A DNA stretch of 64,000 nucleotides, from contig JBGSJG010000008.1 in NCBI GenBank assembly GCA_041742135.1, positions 162,902 through 226,901 of the forward strand. The letters run 5' to 3'. The notes beneath the pieces were generated by a model, which had not been told where the DNA came from, did not search any database, and worked only from the letters and a program-made list of their open reading frames with translations. Both the position numbers and the translations under genes were made by a program. The stretch's first letter is position 1. Every line of letters begins with the position of its first letter. Shown one piece after another: positions 39,243-49,398 of this stretch. Source of the stretch: Patescibacteria group bacterium. Its GTDB lineage: Bacteria; Patescibacteriota; Microgenomatia; UBA8517.

Positions 39243-42164
39243 ATGACCCAGGAGTATATACAGGTCAGAGGTGCACGCCAGCACAACCTCAAAAATATTG
39301 ATATCGATATCCCGAAGAACCAGCTAGTGGTTTTTACGGGAGTATCGGGTAGTGGCAAAAGTTCGATGGCTTTTGATACCATATACGCCGAAGGCCAAAG
39401 GCGCTACGTAGAAAGCCTAAGTACTTACGCCCGCCAATTTTTAGGAATTATGGGCAAGCCAGATGTGGATTCTATTTCCGGGCTTTCTCCTGCAATTTCA
39501 ATTGATCAAAAAACGGTTTCTCATAACCCCAGATCTACAGTCGGAACTGTTACTGAAATTTATGATTACATGCGGCTTTTGTGGGCGCGTGCGGGGCATC
39601 CTCATTGTCCGATTTGTGGCCGCGAAATTGCATCCCAATCGGTTGACCAAATTAAAGATGCAATTCTTGCGCTGATCAGATCGACCGCTAAGAAAGATAA
39701 ACGCGCGAGGTTTTTAATTTTGTCGCCAATTGCCCGCGACCGAAAAGGCGAGTTTAGCGCACTTTTTGAAAATCTCAAGGCCAAAGGCTACAAGCGCGTG
39801 CGGATCGACAACATAATTAAAGACCTTGATGAAGACTTCGTTTTAATTAAGACCAACAAGCACTCAATCGATGCTGTAATTGATAGAATCTCGGCAGTTG
39901 AGTCTGACTTGAAAGATGAAGTGTTTGCTAAAAACCTCGAGAATCGACTGGCTGACAGCATCGAACAGGCTTTGAAACTTTCCGAAGGCATGGTAATTGC
40001 GGCGAATATTTTAGACGCCGGGTTTGAAATGCCTGACTTTCCCAAGCAGTTTGAAAACCATCTTTATTCAGAGAAATTTGCCTGTCCGGTCGATAACATT
40101 AATTTGCCCGAAATTGAGCCACGAACGTTTTCCTTTAATTCCCCTCATGGGGCTTGCCCAGATTGTTCGGGACTTGGGAAAATTCTTAAAGTTGACGTCA
40201 AGCTTATTATCGCCCCCGAGCTTTCCATTATGGAAGGCGGAATTATTCCTTATGCCGGCTCGATGGAGCACGACACTTGGCTTTCGAGGCTTGTTTTAAC
40301 AGTGCTTCGCGAGAATGGCGTCGATACATCAATGCCTCTTAAAAAGTATTCCGACGAGCAGAAGAAGATTTTACTTGAGGGCACGGGAAATATAACTTAT
40401 CGAGTGGAAGGCAAAAATCGTTTTGGCAAAACTACTTATATCACTGAAGCTTGGCCCGGAGTTTTGACGGAGCTTGAGCGCAGATATGTTTCAAGTGACT
40501 CGGATTATATAAAGATGGGCATCGAGCGTTATATGACTGAGGTTGTTTGTAAAAGTTGCAGTGGTGCGAGGCTCAAAAAAGAAGCGCTTGGAATTACGAT
40601 TGATGGCAAATCGATTAGCGAAATTTCAGAGCTGTCGACTGTGAAAATGATTGACTGGATGGAGAAGCTGGCCACTAGCAAAATTCTGTCGGCTCGCGAG
40701 CATGAAATTGTGAGTTTGGTGATCAAAGAAATTAGAACCAGACTTAATTTTTTGGTTGATGTGGGCTTAAATTATTTGACTATCGCGCGCGCCGCTTATA
40801 GTCTTTCTGGTGGAGAGGCTCAGAGAATTCGATTGGCCAGCCAAATTGGCTCAGGTTTAACTGGAGTTTTATATGTCTTGGACGAGCCAACCATCGGCCT
40901 TCATCCGCGGGATAACGCGCTATTAATTTCCACTCTTAAAAAAATGAGGGATTTGGGAAATACGGTTGTCGTGGTGGAGCATGATAAAGACGTCATCGAG
41001 TCCTCAGATTATATTTTTGATTTTGGCCCGGGAGCTGGCAAGCATGGCGGGGGAGTTGTGGCCCAAGGCACTTTGACACAGCTATTAAGCGATCAAGACT
41101 CCTTGACTGCAAAATATCTAAGCGGCAGGCGTGAAATTCGCTTTGCCAAAACTAATAATCCCAATGTTACTGGGAAAATCACTCTACGCGGTGCCTCGCT
41201 GTACAATTTGAAAGGCATAGATTTTAGCTTTCCCTTGGGCAAATTTGTTGCAGTCACCGGAGTTTCGGGGTCGGGAAAGTCTACACTTGTTGTCGAAACG
41301 CTATACCACGCACTTGCCAAGTCGGTCAATAAATATCACAAAGAGCCCTCTGGAATTTACGAATCAATTGAGGGAACCCAAAATATTGATAAAGTAGTTC
41401 TGATCGACCAATCTCCAATAGGTCGCACCCCGAGAAGCAATCCAGCGACTTATACAAAAGTATTTGACTTAATTCGCGATGTCTTTGCCGGTACCCGCGA
41501 GGCTCGTGTGATGGGATTTAAAAAAGGTCGATTTTCCTTTAACGTCAAAGGTGGCCGTTGTGAAGTCTGCGAAGGGCAAGGAAAAATCAAAATAGAAATG
41601 CAATTTATGCCCGATATTTGGGTACCTTGTGAGCTTTGCCATGGCAGCCGCTATAACGCCTCAACTTTGGAAGTGACTTATAAAGGCAAAAATATTGCCG
41701 AAGTTTTGTCTATGACAGTCGAGGAAGCAGTTGAATTTTTCCATGTTTACAAGAACATCTCAGAGAAACTCGAGACTCTAAAGGAGGTCGGTTTAAATTA
41801 TATGGAACTGGGGCAATCTGCGACAACCCTTTCTGGAGGTGAAGCTCAGAGGGTCAAGCTTGCGACAGAGCTATCTAAAAAAGCTACTGGTAAAACAGTT
41901 TACATTTTAGATGAGCCGACAACGGGTCTGCATTTTGCAGATTTGGAAAAGCTTGTCGCCGTTCTTAAAATTCTTGTTGAGCGCGGCAACACTGTTGTTG
42001 TGATTGAGCACAATTTGGATGTTATAAAAAATGCTGATTGGGTAATTGAGATGGGCCCCGAAGGGGGAGACGGCGGCGGCAAAATAATCGCAGAAGGGAC
42101 ACCTGAAGATCTTGCTCGTATGGATACTCATACCTCGCGATTCCTTCGAAGCGTAGTAAAATAG
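39243..42164 (+). CDS. uvrA: Excinuclease ABC subunit A
   Basis: GARQHNLKN, two GVSGSGKS Walker A, two LSGGEAQR, Zn-finger CxxC pairs; start ATG 39243 (or 39234). Confidence 0.97.
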   Translation: MTQEYIQVRGARQHNLKNIDIDIPKNQLVVFTGVSGSGKSSMAFDTIYAEGQRRYVESLSTYARQFLGIMGKPDVDSISGLSPAISIDQKTVSHNPRSTVGTVTEIYDYMRLLWARAGHPHCPICGREIASQSVDQIKDAILALIRSTAKKDKRARFLILSPIARDRKGEFSALFENLKAKGYKRVRIDNIIKDLDEDFVLIKTNKHSIDAVIDRISAVESDLKDEVFAKNLENRLADSIEQALKLSEGMVIAANILDAGFEMPDFPKQFENHLYSEKFACPVDNINLPEIEPRTFSFNSPHGACPDCSGLGKILKVDVKLIIAPELSIMEGGIIPYAGSMEHDTWLSRLVLTVLRENGVDTSMPLKKYSDEQKKILLEGTGNITYRVEGKNRFGKTTYITEAWPGVLTELERRYVSSDSDYIKMGIERYMTEVVCKSCSGARLKKEALGITIDGKSISEISELSTVKMIDWMEKLATSKILSAREHEIVSLVIKEIRTRLNFLVDVGLNYLTIARAAYSLSGGEAQRIRLASQIGSGLTGVLYVLDEPTIGLHPRDNALLISTLKKMRDLGNTVVVVEHDKDVIESSDYIFDFGPGAGKHGGGVVAQGTLTQLLSDQDSLTAKYLSGRREIRFAKTNNPNVTGKITLRGASLYNLKGIDFSFPLGKFVAVTGVSGSGKSTLVVETLYHALAKSVNKYHKEPSGIYESIEGTQNIDKVVLIDQSPIGRTPRSNPATYTKVFDLIRDVFAGTREARVMGFKKGRFSFNVKGGRCEVCEGQGKIKIEMQFMPDIWVPCELCHGSRYNASTLEVTYKGKNIAEVLSMTVEEAVEFFHVYKNISEKLETLKEVGLNYMELGQSATTLSGGEAQRVKLATELSKKATGKTVYILDEPTTGLHFADLEKLVAVLKILVERGNTVVVIEHNLDVIKNADWVIEMGPEGGDGGGKIIAEGTPEDLARMDTHTSRFLRSVVK

Positions 42165-42167
42165 ACA

Positions 42168-43967
42168 ATGCGTAAAGCGTTACTTGTCGCAATTATTCTT
42201 TTCTCTTCAATTTTTCCAGCTACTACAAATGCGTCCGAAAACTTTCTATTGGCTTCTGAGGTGACATATGAAGTTTTGGAATCAGGCAGCACTAAAATTT
42301 CTCACTTAATTTCTTTGACAAATGCGGTAACTGAGATTCACGCCACTGACTACACACTTGCACTAAAAGGAGCAAAACCAAGTAGTGTCGAAGCCTATGA
42401 GGATAAAGCGAAGCTTCAGACAGAATTAAGTTATGACGGAGACATGGCTTTAGTGAAAGTAATTTTTGATGAGCCGGTGGTTGGCGTGGGCCAAAAAAGA
42501 GAGTTTAGCGTGAACTACCTTGATGCTTCCATAGTTAAGTCTGCAGGTGACGTCGACGAGATTACGGTTCCTAGGCTTGCAGATGAAACTGAGTACGAGT
42601 CCTATCTCGTGCGCCTTAAAATTCCCACCAGTTTTGGCCGTGCCAGCTATGTTTCTCCAGAGCCGGACAATGTGCTTTCCGACGCAAGTGTCACAACATA
42701 TTACTTTAATAAATCGAAACTCAATACTGCGGGAGTAACTGCCGCAATTGGCGACTTTCAGATTTTTTCTTTCGACCTGACTTATCACCTTCAAAATCCG
42801 CTCGCTGTTGGAACCAAGATGGAAATCGCGCTTCCTCCAGATACTTCTTTTCAAAAAATTATGTACGAATCTCTTAACCCGCTACCGGACAATGTTTATC
42901 AAGACGCGGACGGCAACTGGATGGCAATTTATGGCCTTGCTGCGCGCGAGAGGCTTGATGTTCGGGCAATTGGAACCGCTCAGGTTTATGCTGCAGCCTG
43001 GATGAGCGACAAGTTAAGCACTGAAGACCGGGAAGATAATTTGAAGGAAACGGAGTTTTGGCAGGTGAATGATGAGAAAATTCGCGAAGTTGCAGGAACG
43101 CTAAAAAACCCTAAAGAAATTTACGATTACGTTGTGACAACTCTGACATATAATTACGAGAAAGTTACAGAGGGACCAAAGAGGCCTGGCGCTGTACAGG
43201 CTTTAGCAAACCCATCTCTTGCAATTTGTACGGAGTTTACTGACCTTTTTATCGCTCTGGCCAGAGCCTCTGGAATTCCTGCGAGGGAAGTTAACGGCTA
43301 TGCTTATACGGACAATTCATCACTTAAGCCGCTGTCTTTGGTTAACGATGTCTTGCACGCTTGGCCGGAGTACTGGGACCACGAGGCAAGTATATGGAGG
43401 CCGGTAGACCCAACTTGGGCTAAAACGACAGGTGGCATAGATTATTTTACAAAACTTGATATGCGCCATGTGAGTTTTGTAATGCACGGCAGAAGCTCGA
43501 CGACTCCGATTCCGCCCGGATCATACAAGCTTGGCGCCAATCCCCAAAAAGACGTTTTTATTTCATTTGGCCAACTTACCCCTTCCGCGACAAGCGCGCG
43601 GCTTAACTACTATCAAGAAACAACGCTTCCTTTCGACGGCGCGAATTTGGTAATTGATATCGTCAACCCCGGTCCTGCTGCGCTTTATTCTCAAAAAGCC
43701 TCGATATATTTCGAGGACGAGCTTTACTATGAAAAAGATGTCGAGATCTTACTTCCTTTTGAAAAGCGTAAGTTGGAATTCACGATTCCATATGGATTTT
43801 TGGGAAGCCAAATGCCCGAGAAAGCCAGAATAGTTATTGGCAACACTAGCCATGAGTATAAAACGGATAAAGCTCCAGCAGTATTTAGAGATTTATTTTC
43901 GATCCTATTAATCTCAGGAATTGGGCTACTTTCCGTGTTTATAATAGTCAAGAAATTAAGAAAATGA
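42168..43967 (+). CDS. Exported, C-terminally anchored transglutaminase-like protein
   Basis: Signal peptide, Cys-His-Asp triad (AICTEF, LHAWPEY, PVDPTW), C-terminal TM. Confidence 0.85.
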   Translation: MRKALLVAIILFSSIFPATTNASENFLLASEVTYEVLESGSTKISHLISLTNAVTEIHATDYTLALKGAKPSSVEAYEDKAKLQTELSYDGDMALVKVIFDEPVVGVGQKREFSVNYLDASIVKSAGDVDEITVPRLADETEYESYLVRLKIPTSFGRASYVSPEPDNVLSDASVTTYYFNKSKLNTAGVTAAIGDFQIFSFDLTYHLQNPLAVGTKMEIALPPDTSFQKIMYESLNPLPDNVYQDADGNWMAIYGLAARERLDVRAIGTAQVYAAAWMSDKLSTEDREDNLKETEFWQVNDEKIREVAGTLKNPKEIYDYVVTTLTYNYEKVTEGPKRPGAVQALANPSLAICTEFTDLFIALARASGIPAREVNGYAYTDNSSLKPLSLVNDVLHAWPEYWDHEASIWRPVDPTWAKTTGGIDYFTKLDMRHVSFVMHGRSSTTPIPPGSYKLGANPQKDVFISFGQLTPSATSARLNYYQETTLPFDGANLVIDIVNPGPAALYSQKASIYFEDELYYEKDVEILLPFEKRKLEFTIPYGFLGSQMPEKARIVIGNTSHEYKTDKAPAVFRDLFSILLISGIGLLSVFIIVKKLRK

Positions 43968-45256
43968 AGACTTTTGCTGCTGAGAAAAAAAACGTTAAAT
44001 TGTTGCCACATGCTCCGGGAGTGTATATGTTTCGTGATGACCAAAAGGTAATTTACATCGGCAAGGCCAAGAACTTATTTAATCGCGTTGGCTCATATTT
44101 TATGAAGGATTTGGAACTTAAGACCTCGCGCATGGTGGCAAGTGCCAAGACGATTTCGTATATCCCCGTTGAGTCAGAATTTGAAGCCTTGCTTTTGGAG
44201 GCAAAACTCGTCAATAAAAATAAGCCTAAATACAACATCGAACTTCGAGATGACAAAAGCCCGTTATATATTGGTATAACCCGAGACGAACTGCCTCGAG
44301 TAATTTTGTTGCGCCAGAAAGAGCTGGCCAGCGCAAAGCTTAAAAATGTTTATGGACCTTTTATAAATTCAACAAGTCCCAAATTGGTTCTTAAAATGAT
44401 ACGAAGAATTTTTCCATTCGGGACACATAAGCCCACCAAGCGTGCCTGTGTCGACAACCAAATCGGCTTATGCAATCCCTGTCCTTCAGAAGTATTGGCG
44501 GATCCAAGTTTGCGCCGTGAATATTTATTAAATATTCGACGAACTAACGCGATATTATCTGGAAAATCAAAACAAGTATTATTGCAACTTCAATCATCTC
44601 GTGACAAGTTTTCAAAAGAGGAAAAGTTTGAAGAAGCTCGAGAAGTGTCGAGTAAAATTCGCGCACTCGAATATACTGTCAGCCGGCGTGAGCTAAATGA
44701 CTCATACTTGGAAAACCCCAATCTTTTGGAAGATATTAGAAAAAAGGAAACCGATCAGTTGGGCAAAATAATAAACAAATTTATAAAAACCCGTCAACTT
44801 AGGCGCATTGAGTGCTTTGATATTGCACATTTGTCTGGAACGTATCCGACCGCATCAATGGTTACTTTTGTCGATGGAGAACCGGACAAGAGTTTGTACA
44901 GACATTACAAAGTTTCCGAAGGCATAAAAAATGACGATCCGGGCTCTATGAAATCGGTTCTTGAGCGGCGAAAGTATAGATTTGATAGTTGGGGAAAGCC
45001 CGATTTAATTATTGTCGACGGAGGGCGTGGGCAGTTGTCCGCGGCTCTTGAAGTATTAGGGAACAGTGTACCGGTTGTTGGCTTAGCCAAAAAACTTGAG
45101 ACTTTGATTTTTATGACAGACAAAGGTTTTGAAGAATTTGTGCTGCCCGAAAGCTCAGCCAAAAAATTGGTTCAACGAATTCGCGATGAAGCACACCGTT
45201 TTGCTCGCTCGTATCATCACAAGCTCGTCAGTCGGGCAATTCGTGAGTCGAAATGA
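43964..45256 (+). CDS. uvrC: Excinuclease ABC subunit C (short, no C-terminal HhH)
   Basis: GIY-YIG (PGVY...IYIGKAKNL), RIECFDIAH, DLIIVDGGRGQ, RDEAHRFA. Confidence 0.93.
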   Translation: MKTFAAEKKNVKLLPHAPGVYMFRDDQKVIYIGKAKNLFNRVGSYFMKDLELKTSRMVASAKTISYIPVESEFEALLLEAKLVNKNKPKYNIELRDDKSPLYIGITRDELPRVILLRQKELASAKLKNVYGPFINSTSPKLVLKMIRRIFPFGTHKPTKRACVDNQIGLCNPCPSEVLADPSLRREYLLNIRRTNAILSGKSKQVLLQLQSSRDKFSKEEKFEEAREVSSKIRALEYTVSRRELNDSYLENPNLLEDIRKKETDQLGKIINKFIKTRQLRRIECFDIAHLSGTYPTASMVTFVDGEPDKSLYRHYKVSEGIKNDDPGSMKSVLERRKYRFDSWGKPDLIIVDGGRGQLSAALEVLGNSVPVVGLAKKLETLIFMTDKGFEEFVLPESSAKKLVQRIRDEAHRFARSYHHKLVSRAIRESK

Positions 45257-45267
45257 TATAATTTTCG

Positions 45268-45510
45268 ATGAATTTTAATGAGCGGGATTTTTGCCCGTAT
45301 CGTGTTACTAGAGATACTATACAAGAGCCCAAATTTGGGGCTGTTATACCTTTGGATCAGATTCCCGGAGAGGGAATATGCAATCTGAGCAACGACCGCG
45401 AAACCCCATGTCTCTATCCTCGCAGTGCTGAACTCTGCCCACTAAAACGAAACATGGATTTATGTGATAAAAGTTGGGCGAAAGATGCGCCAGACGCTCA
45501 AAGTTTCTAA
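45268..45510 (+). CDS. Small Cys-rich hypothetical protein
   Basis: 80 aa with five Cys; TATAAT 5 nt before ATG. Confidence 0.45.
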   Translation: MNFNERDFCPYRVTRDTIQEPKFGAVIPLDQIPGEGICNLSNDRETPCLYPRSAELCPLKRNMDLCDKSWAKDAPDAQSF

Positions 45511-45896
45511 GAATTTTTCTTCGTTGCCTTTCGGATTTCTTCCTCACTCATGCCAAAGTGATGGCCAATTTCGTGATAAAGAGTTGCCTTAATTTGTTTA
45601 ACCAGCTCTTCTTCGCTTCGGCTGGCAAACATTAATGGCTGCATAAACAGAGAAATTTTATCTGGCAGTGCACCTCCTACGCCGTATCGGCCTCGGCGAT
45701 TTTGAGGTACTCCTTCATATAACCCCAAAAGATTTACGTGTTTCTCGCGCAATTTGAATTTGACGACTTGCTCTTGTGTGGGGAAGTTTTCAAGGAAAAT
45801 ATTAACATTATCAAGACGACTTCGAAATTCTTCAGGCATCTGCTCCAGCGCCAAGGCGATCGCATGTCTGAAATATGCTTCAGTCTCTGGCATCAA
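45507..45896 (-). CDS. Zincin-like metallopeptidase (DUF1025-like)
   Basis: LLGLYEGVP, PDKISLF, TLYHEIGHHFG. Confidence 0.85.
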   Translation of the reverse strand: MMPETEAYFRHAIALALEQMPEEFRSRLDNVNIFLENFPTQEQVVKFKLREKHVNLLGLYEGVPQNRRGRYGVGGALPDKISLFMQPLMFASRSEEELVKQIKATLYHEIGHHFGMSEEEIRKATKKNS

Positions 45897-45927
45897 TAAG
45901 CAATCCTACCAGCGGAGTGATAGCGGG

Positions 45928-46971
45928 TCAAGATGAAACTTTTTCCCAGGGGAGGCCGTCTTTGCCAAAGTGTCCATATGCTGAAGTAAGGTGATACAAG
46001 GGCATCCTCAAATTGAGCTTTTTAATGATTTCCAAAGGACGAAAATCATACTTAGAAGTTACAATTTTTGATAAATTTTGCCCTTTTTCGTTTACCGCGG
46101 TAACCATCAAAGGCTCAGCCTTACCGATGGCGTACGATACAGATACAAGCACCTTTTTGCCATGGCCTTGGGCAACAAGGTTTTTGGCTGTATAGCGGCA
46201 CATGTATGCGGCTGATCTATCTACCTTGGTAGGATCTTTACCAGAAAAACAACCACCACCGTGTGGGATTAACCCGCCGTATGTGTCTACCATAATTTTT
46301 CGGCCAGTTAATCCTGTGTCTGCTGCAAAGCCGCCAAGAACGAAACTTCCTGTTGGATTAACCAAGATTTCAATCCCCACAGCACTCCCGACAATTGGTT
46401 TAATAAGCTTATTGATTAAGTATTTTCTAATCTCAGCCTGAGATACATCTTTTTTATGCTGGGTGCTAACAAGGACTGTTTTAACATGACCATTAGTAAT
46501 AGTTACCTGTGTTTTGCCATCCGGCATAAGCCAGTCTGCGTTTTTGCGAAGTGTTTCAAGCCCGTGAGCGAGCTTGTGAGCCAGAACTACCCCAAGCGGA
46601 AGGTACTCGGGGGTTTCATTCGTAGCATAGCCATACATAATTCCTTGATCTCCGGCTCCTCCAATATCAACGCCCTGTGCGATATCTGGTGATTGTTTCA
46701 CTATGTGTGAAATTATTTTCAGTCTGTCGCGATAACCGATATCCGAATATACTTTTTTGGCAATTTTTTCGGCTTCAAAGGTTGCGTTTGTTGTCACTTC
46801 GCCAGCAACTACCAGCAGTCCGTGGGCGCCTAAGCACTCGATAGCGACTCGGGATCTGGGGTCTTGGGCCAAACAAGCATCAAGCACTGCATCGGAAATC
46901 TGGTCGCATACTTTGTCGGGATGTCCGTTCGTCACAGATTCGACAGTGTAGGTTTTATATTGAGGAATCAT
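45928..46971 (-). CDS. metK: S-adenosylmethionine synthetase
   Basis: ESVTNGHPDKVCDQISD, GAGDQG, GLTGRKI, GGGCFSGKDPTKVDRS. Confidence 0.97.
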   Translation of the reverse strand: MIPQYKTYTVESVTNGHPDKVCDQISDAVLDACLAQDPRSRVAIECLGAHGLLVVAGEVTTNATFEAEKIAKKVYSDIGYRDRLKIISHIVKQSPDIAQGVDIGGAGDQGIMYGYATNETPEYLPLGVVLAHKLAHGLETLRKNADWLMPDGKTQVTITNGHVKTVLVSTQHKKDVSQAEIRKYLINKLIKPIVGSAVGIEILVNPTGSFVLGGFAADTGLTGRKIMVDTYGGLIPHGGGCFSGKDPTKVDRSAAYMCRYTAKNLVAQGHGKKVLVSVSYAIGKAEPLMVTAVNEKGQNLSKIVTSKYDFRPLEIIKKLNLRMPLYHLTSAYGHFGKDGLPWEKVSS

Positions 46972-47065
46972 GTATCTTTCTATTTAAGCTAGATTTGGCA
47001 CCGCTCTTTTCAAAGAAGGTTGCCGGTGGGTCATCGGGCTAGTTCCCTCGCCACACTCTTGATAC
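46972..47065 (-). ncRNA. SAM-I (S-box) riboswitch upstream of metK
   Basis: Minus strand GTATC-AAGAG..GAGGGAACTAGCCC-GATGA..GGCAACC..GGTGCC-AAATCTAG..GAAA-GATAC-ATG; P1 GTATC/GATAC, pseudoknot CTAG/CTAG. Confidence 0.9.
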
Positions 47066-47091
47066 TTACTAATTCAGTTTAGTCGCAATTT

Positions 47092-47796
47092 TTATAAAGT
47101 CAAATACTTCTTGCGCGTATTTTCAGGAAATCTTTCAATTGCATAACGAAGTGTGGTTCTCGGAAGCTTACGAATGTGTTTGGTTAGAAAAGCCTCAAGA
47201 GCTTTTTGGTCCTTTTTGCCAGCTTCACGCAAAGCCCAGCCAACAGCTTTATGCATCAAGTCCTCGTGGTCGCCTAAAAGCATTTCGGCTATTTTATAAG
47301 TGTCCTCAGTTTGATTTTCGCGTAAAAAAGCAAAGGTGGAAACAATCGCGATTCGGCGCTCCCAAAGCGAGCTCGATTTGGCAAGCTTATACAAAATTTT
47401 TCGGTCACCATTTAGTAAATACTTGCCCACAATTTTGTGGCAAGTTACATCCACCAAATCCCAATTGTTCACATGCTTAGTGTTAGCAAGATAAAAATCA
47501 AAAATCAGCTTTTGGTCAAGATACCGTTTTTCAAACTGATCCACCAAAATTAAAAGCCCAATCATCCGCTCTTCATGATATGGGGACCCTAGCAAGGTCT
47601 TAATGTCTGTAAGAGAAAGGGCTGGGTACTTTTTGGCGATAGCTCTCATTTGGGGAACTGTATGGCCTAAAAAAACATCACCAAATCCGTATTGGCCTTC
47701 ACCTGTTTTAAAGAATCTCTGAGAATGCTGGGCACGAATTGGATCACCTTGGGATCGTATATCTTTTTGGATTTGAAGAAGTGCCATTTTATTCAA
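47092..47796 (-). CDS. alkD: DNA alkylation repair glycosylase, AlkD family
   Basis: FFKTGEGQYG, NNWDLVD, WERRIAIV, KAVGWALRE, TLRYAIE. Confidence 0.88.
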   Translation of the reverse strand: MNKMALLQIQKDIRSQGDPIRAQHSQRFFKTGEGQYGFGDVFLGHTVPQMRAIAKKYPALSLTDIKTLLGSPYHEERMIGLLILVDQFEKRYLDQKLIFDFYLANTKHVNNWDLVDVTCHKIVGKYLLNGDRKILYKLAKSSSLWERRIAIVSTFAFLRENQTEDTYKIAEMLLGDHEDLMHKAVGWALREAGKKDQKALEAFLTKHIRKLPRTTLRYAIERFPENTRKKYLTL

Positions 47797-48532
47797 ACCT
47801 GACTGGAATTTCTAGTGCGTCATCGTTTTCGGGAAGCCCAGAGGGGTTATCCTTTTGAAGTATCAAAGCCCCGCGCTTACTAAAGTCTGCATCCCAGCTC
47901 GGGTTTTCAAAAGTAAGTGTTGCGCGAAAAGCTACAAATTCTTCAGTCATCCATTCGTCTTGGGCCTGCGCTATTCCCTCAGCAATAATTTTCCCATCCC
48001 AATCAGTTAAAACAATTGGGAAAGATGCTTCAAAAAACCAAGTCCCGCGTGCCTCACCTCGTATCTCAAGCGGGCTCGCTATAACTTGGTTTGGTTGTGG
48101 ATTTTGAACAGTAATTAAATCATTTTTAGCCTCAGGTGTGTGGGAGGTGTCGTCTACCGAGATAATGCCTTCGATATCATAAATTTTCCAGTGATCAGTG
48201 CTAAGTAGTTCAATCGGCGTAAATCTTCCTGTGATGTTTGTCGCCTGTCCCGCCTGAAAAATCGATGGATCAGCATTTGCTCCAAAATCCAATGCGTAAT
48301 ACTCACCATTTTCCGTTTTTAAGCCAAACGCGCATTCCATGGTGATAGGTCCCGAGGTATCGCGATGGGGAAGACAAACATACTCGCCACTTAGGCTTCC
48401 GTCATAGGGCAAGACATGCTCACTGTCAGCTTGTTTTTGATTGTAAATAAATTGGTTAAAAGTAAAGAAGGCAAACACTGCTGAAGCCGCAAGACCTAAA
48501 AATGCAAAAATAATTACAACTTTCTTATACAT
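47789..48532 (-). CDS. Exported protein with C-terminal Gmad2-like Ig domain
   Basis: N-terminal TM; CLPH..ECAFG domain; SPLEIRGEARGTWFFEASFP...KDNPSGLPE. Confidence 0.7.
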   Translation of the reverse strand: MYKKVVIIFAFLGLAASAVFAFFTFNQFIYNQKQADSEHVLPYDGSLSGEYVCLPHRDTSGPITMECAFGLKTENGEYYALDFGANADPSIFQAGQATNITGRFTPIELLSTDHWKIYDIEGIISVDDTSHTPEAKNDLITVQNPQPNQVIASPLEIRGEARGTWFFEASFPIVLTDWDGKIIAEGIAQAQDEWMTEEFVAFRATLTFENPSWDADFSKRGALILQKDNPSGLPENDDALEIPVRFE

Positions 48533-48535
48533 AAG

Positions 48536-49081
48536 TTAGCGAATTGTCATGTCCTGAGTATTTGTGTTGAAACACTCCGGGATCATGCTTGTGGGAAAGC
48601 TGGGATATGAAGCTATGTCTTCACAAGTGATTATTCCATTGCCATCCCAAACAAGTTGCCACACGCCGTTAGTTTTTGCCGCAAACCACATGCCGCCTCC
48701 CATTCCTTCCTCGCTTGCTCCTCCTTGTGCATAATTGCCCTCGATTTTACTAACACTTACATTTAATCCTTGGGCATTTTGGCCGTGCTTAGCTATCAAA
48801 GCTGTTTTAATTCGTGTCTTTATAAGTTCAAGCTCCTTTTCCTGATTTTCAGCAATGCAAGGAGTTTCCCAAGGGCGCAGACATTCTTTTTTTGCTTCGC
48901 ACCATGAGTATCCAGCGGACAAAATACAGCCATGTTCGTCACGGTCACTTCCTAGAAGATTCTCTGAAGCTTCTGTGGCTTCCGGGGTCGGGACACTAGT
49001 CTGCGACTGCTTCAGAAGTGCTAAGCCTGCAAAAACTAATATGGCTATAATGATTGCTGGTACGATTTGTTTTATTTTCAT
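48536..49081 (-). CDS. Exported Cys-containing hypothetical protein
   Basis: Signal/TM; GSDRDEHGCILSAGYSWC..CLRPWE module; C-terminal WDGNGIITC..IPEC. Confidence 0.65.
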   Translation of the reverse strand: MKIKQIVPAIIIAILVFAGLALLKQSQTSVPTPEATEASENLLGSDRDEHGCILSAGYSWCEAKKECLRPWETPCIAENQEKELELIKTRIKTALIAKHGQNAQGLNVSVSKIEGNYAQGGASEEGMGGGMWFAAKTNGVWQLVWDGNGIITCEDIASYPSFPTSMIPECFNTNTQDMTIR

Positions 49082-49374
49082 TTTTTCTTTTTAAGCCCCC
49101 AGCTCCAGTGAGGTTTCTCGCCAGTTTTAAAGCATATTGCGATAAGAACAATGACTCCTAAAGCTAGCTTTGCGTAATAATCAACCAGTATGGTGTTGTT
49201 CAGTTCAGCTTCTACTGGGAGTGCGGAGCTGATCCACAAAAGATAGCCAAGGAAGATTGCGATTATTGCCCATCCTTGCCATGTTGCTGGTGTCCATCCC
49301 CAGCCATAGAGCTTGGCGCGAAACCAATAGCCTTTGGGGTTGTCCTTTATATATTTAATGTAAGACGCAAACAT
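49078..49374 (-). CDS. Small 2-TM membrane protein
   Basis: WFRAKLYGWGWTPATWQGW...GEKPHWSWG; TATAAT 5 nt before ATG. Confidence 0.7.
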   Translation of the reverse strand: MFASYIKYIKDNPKGYWFRAKLYGWGWTPATWQGWAIIAIFLGYLLWISSALPVEAELNNTILVDYYAKLALGVIVLIAICFKTGEKPHWSWGLKKKK

Positions 49375-49398
49375 AATTAATTATACTCCTTGGTACAA

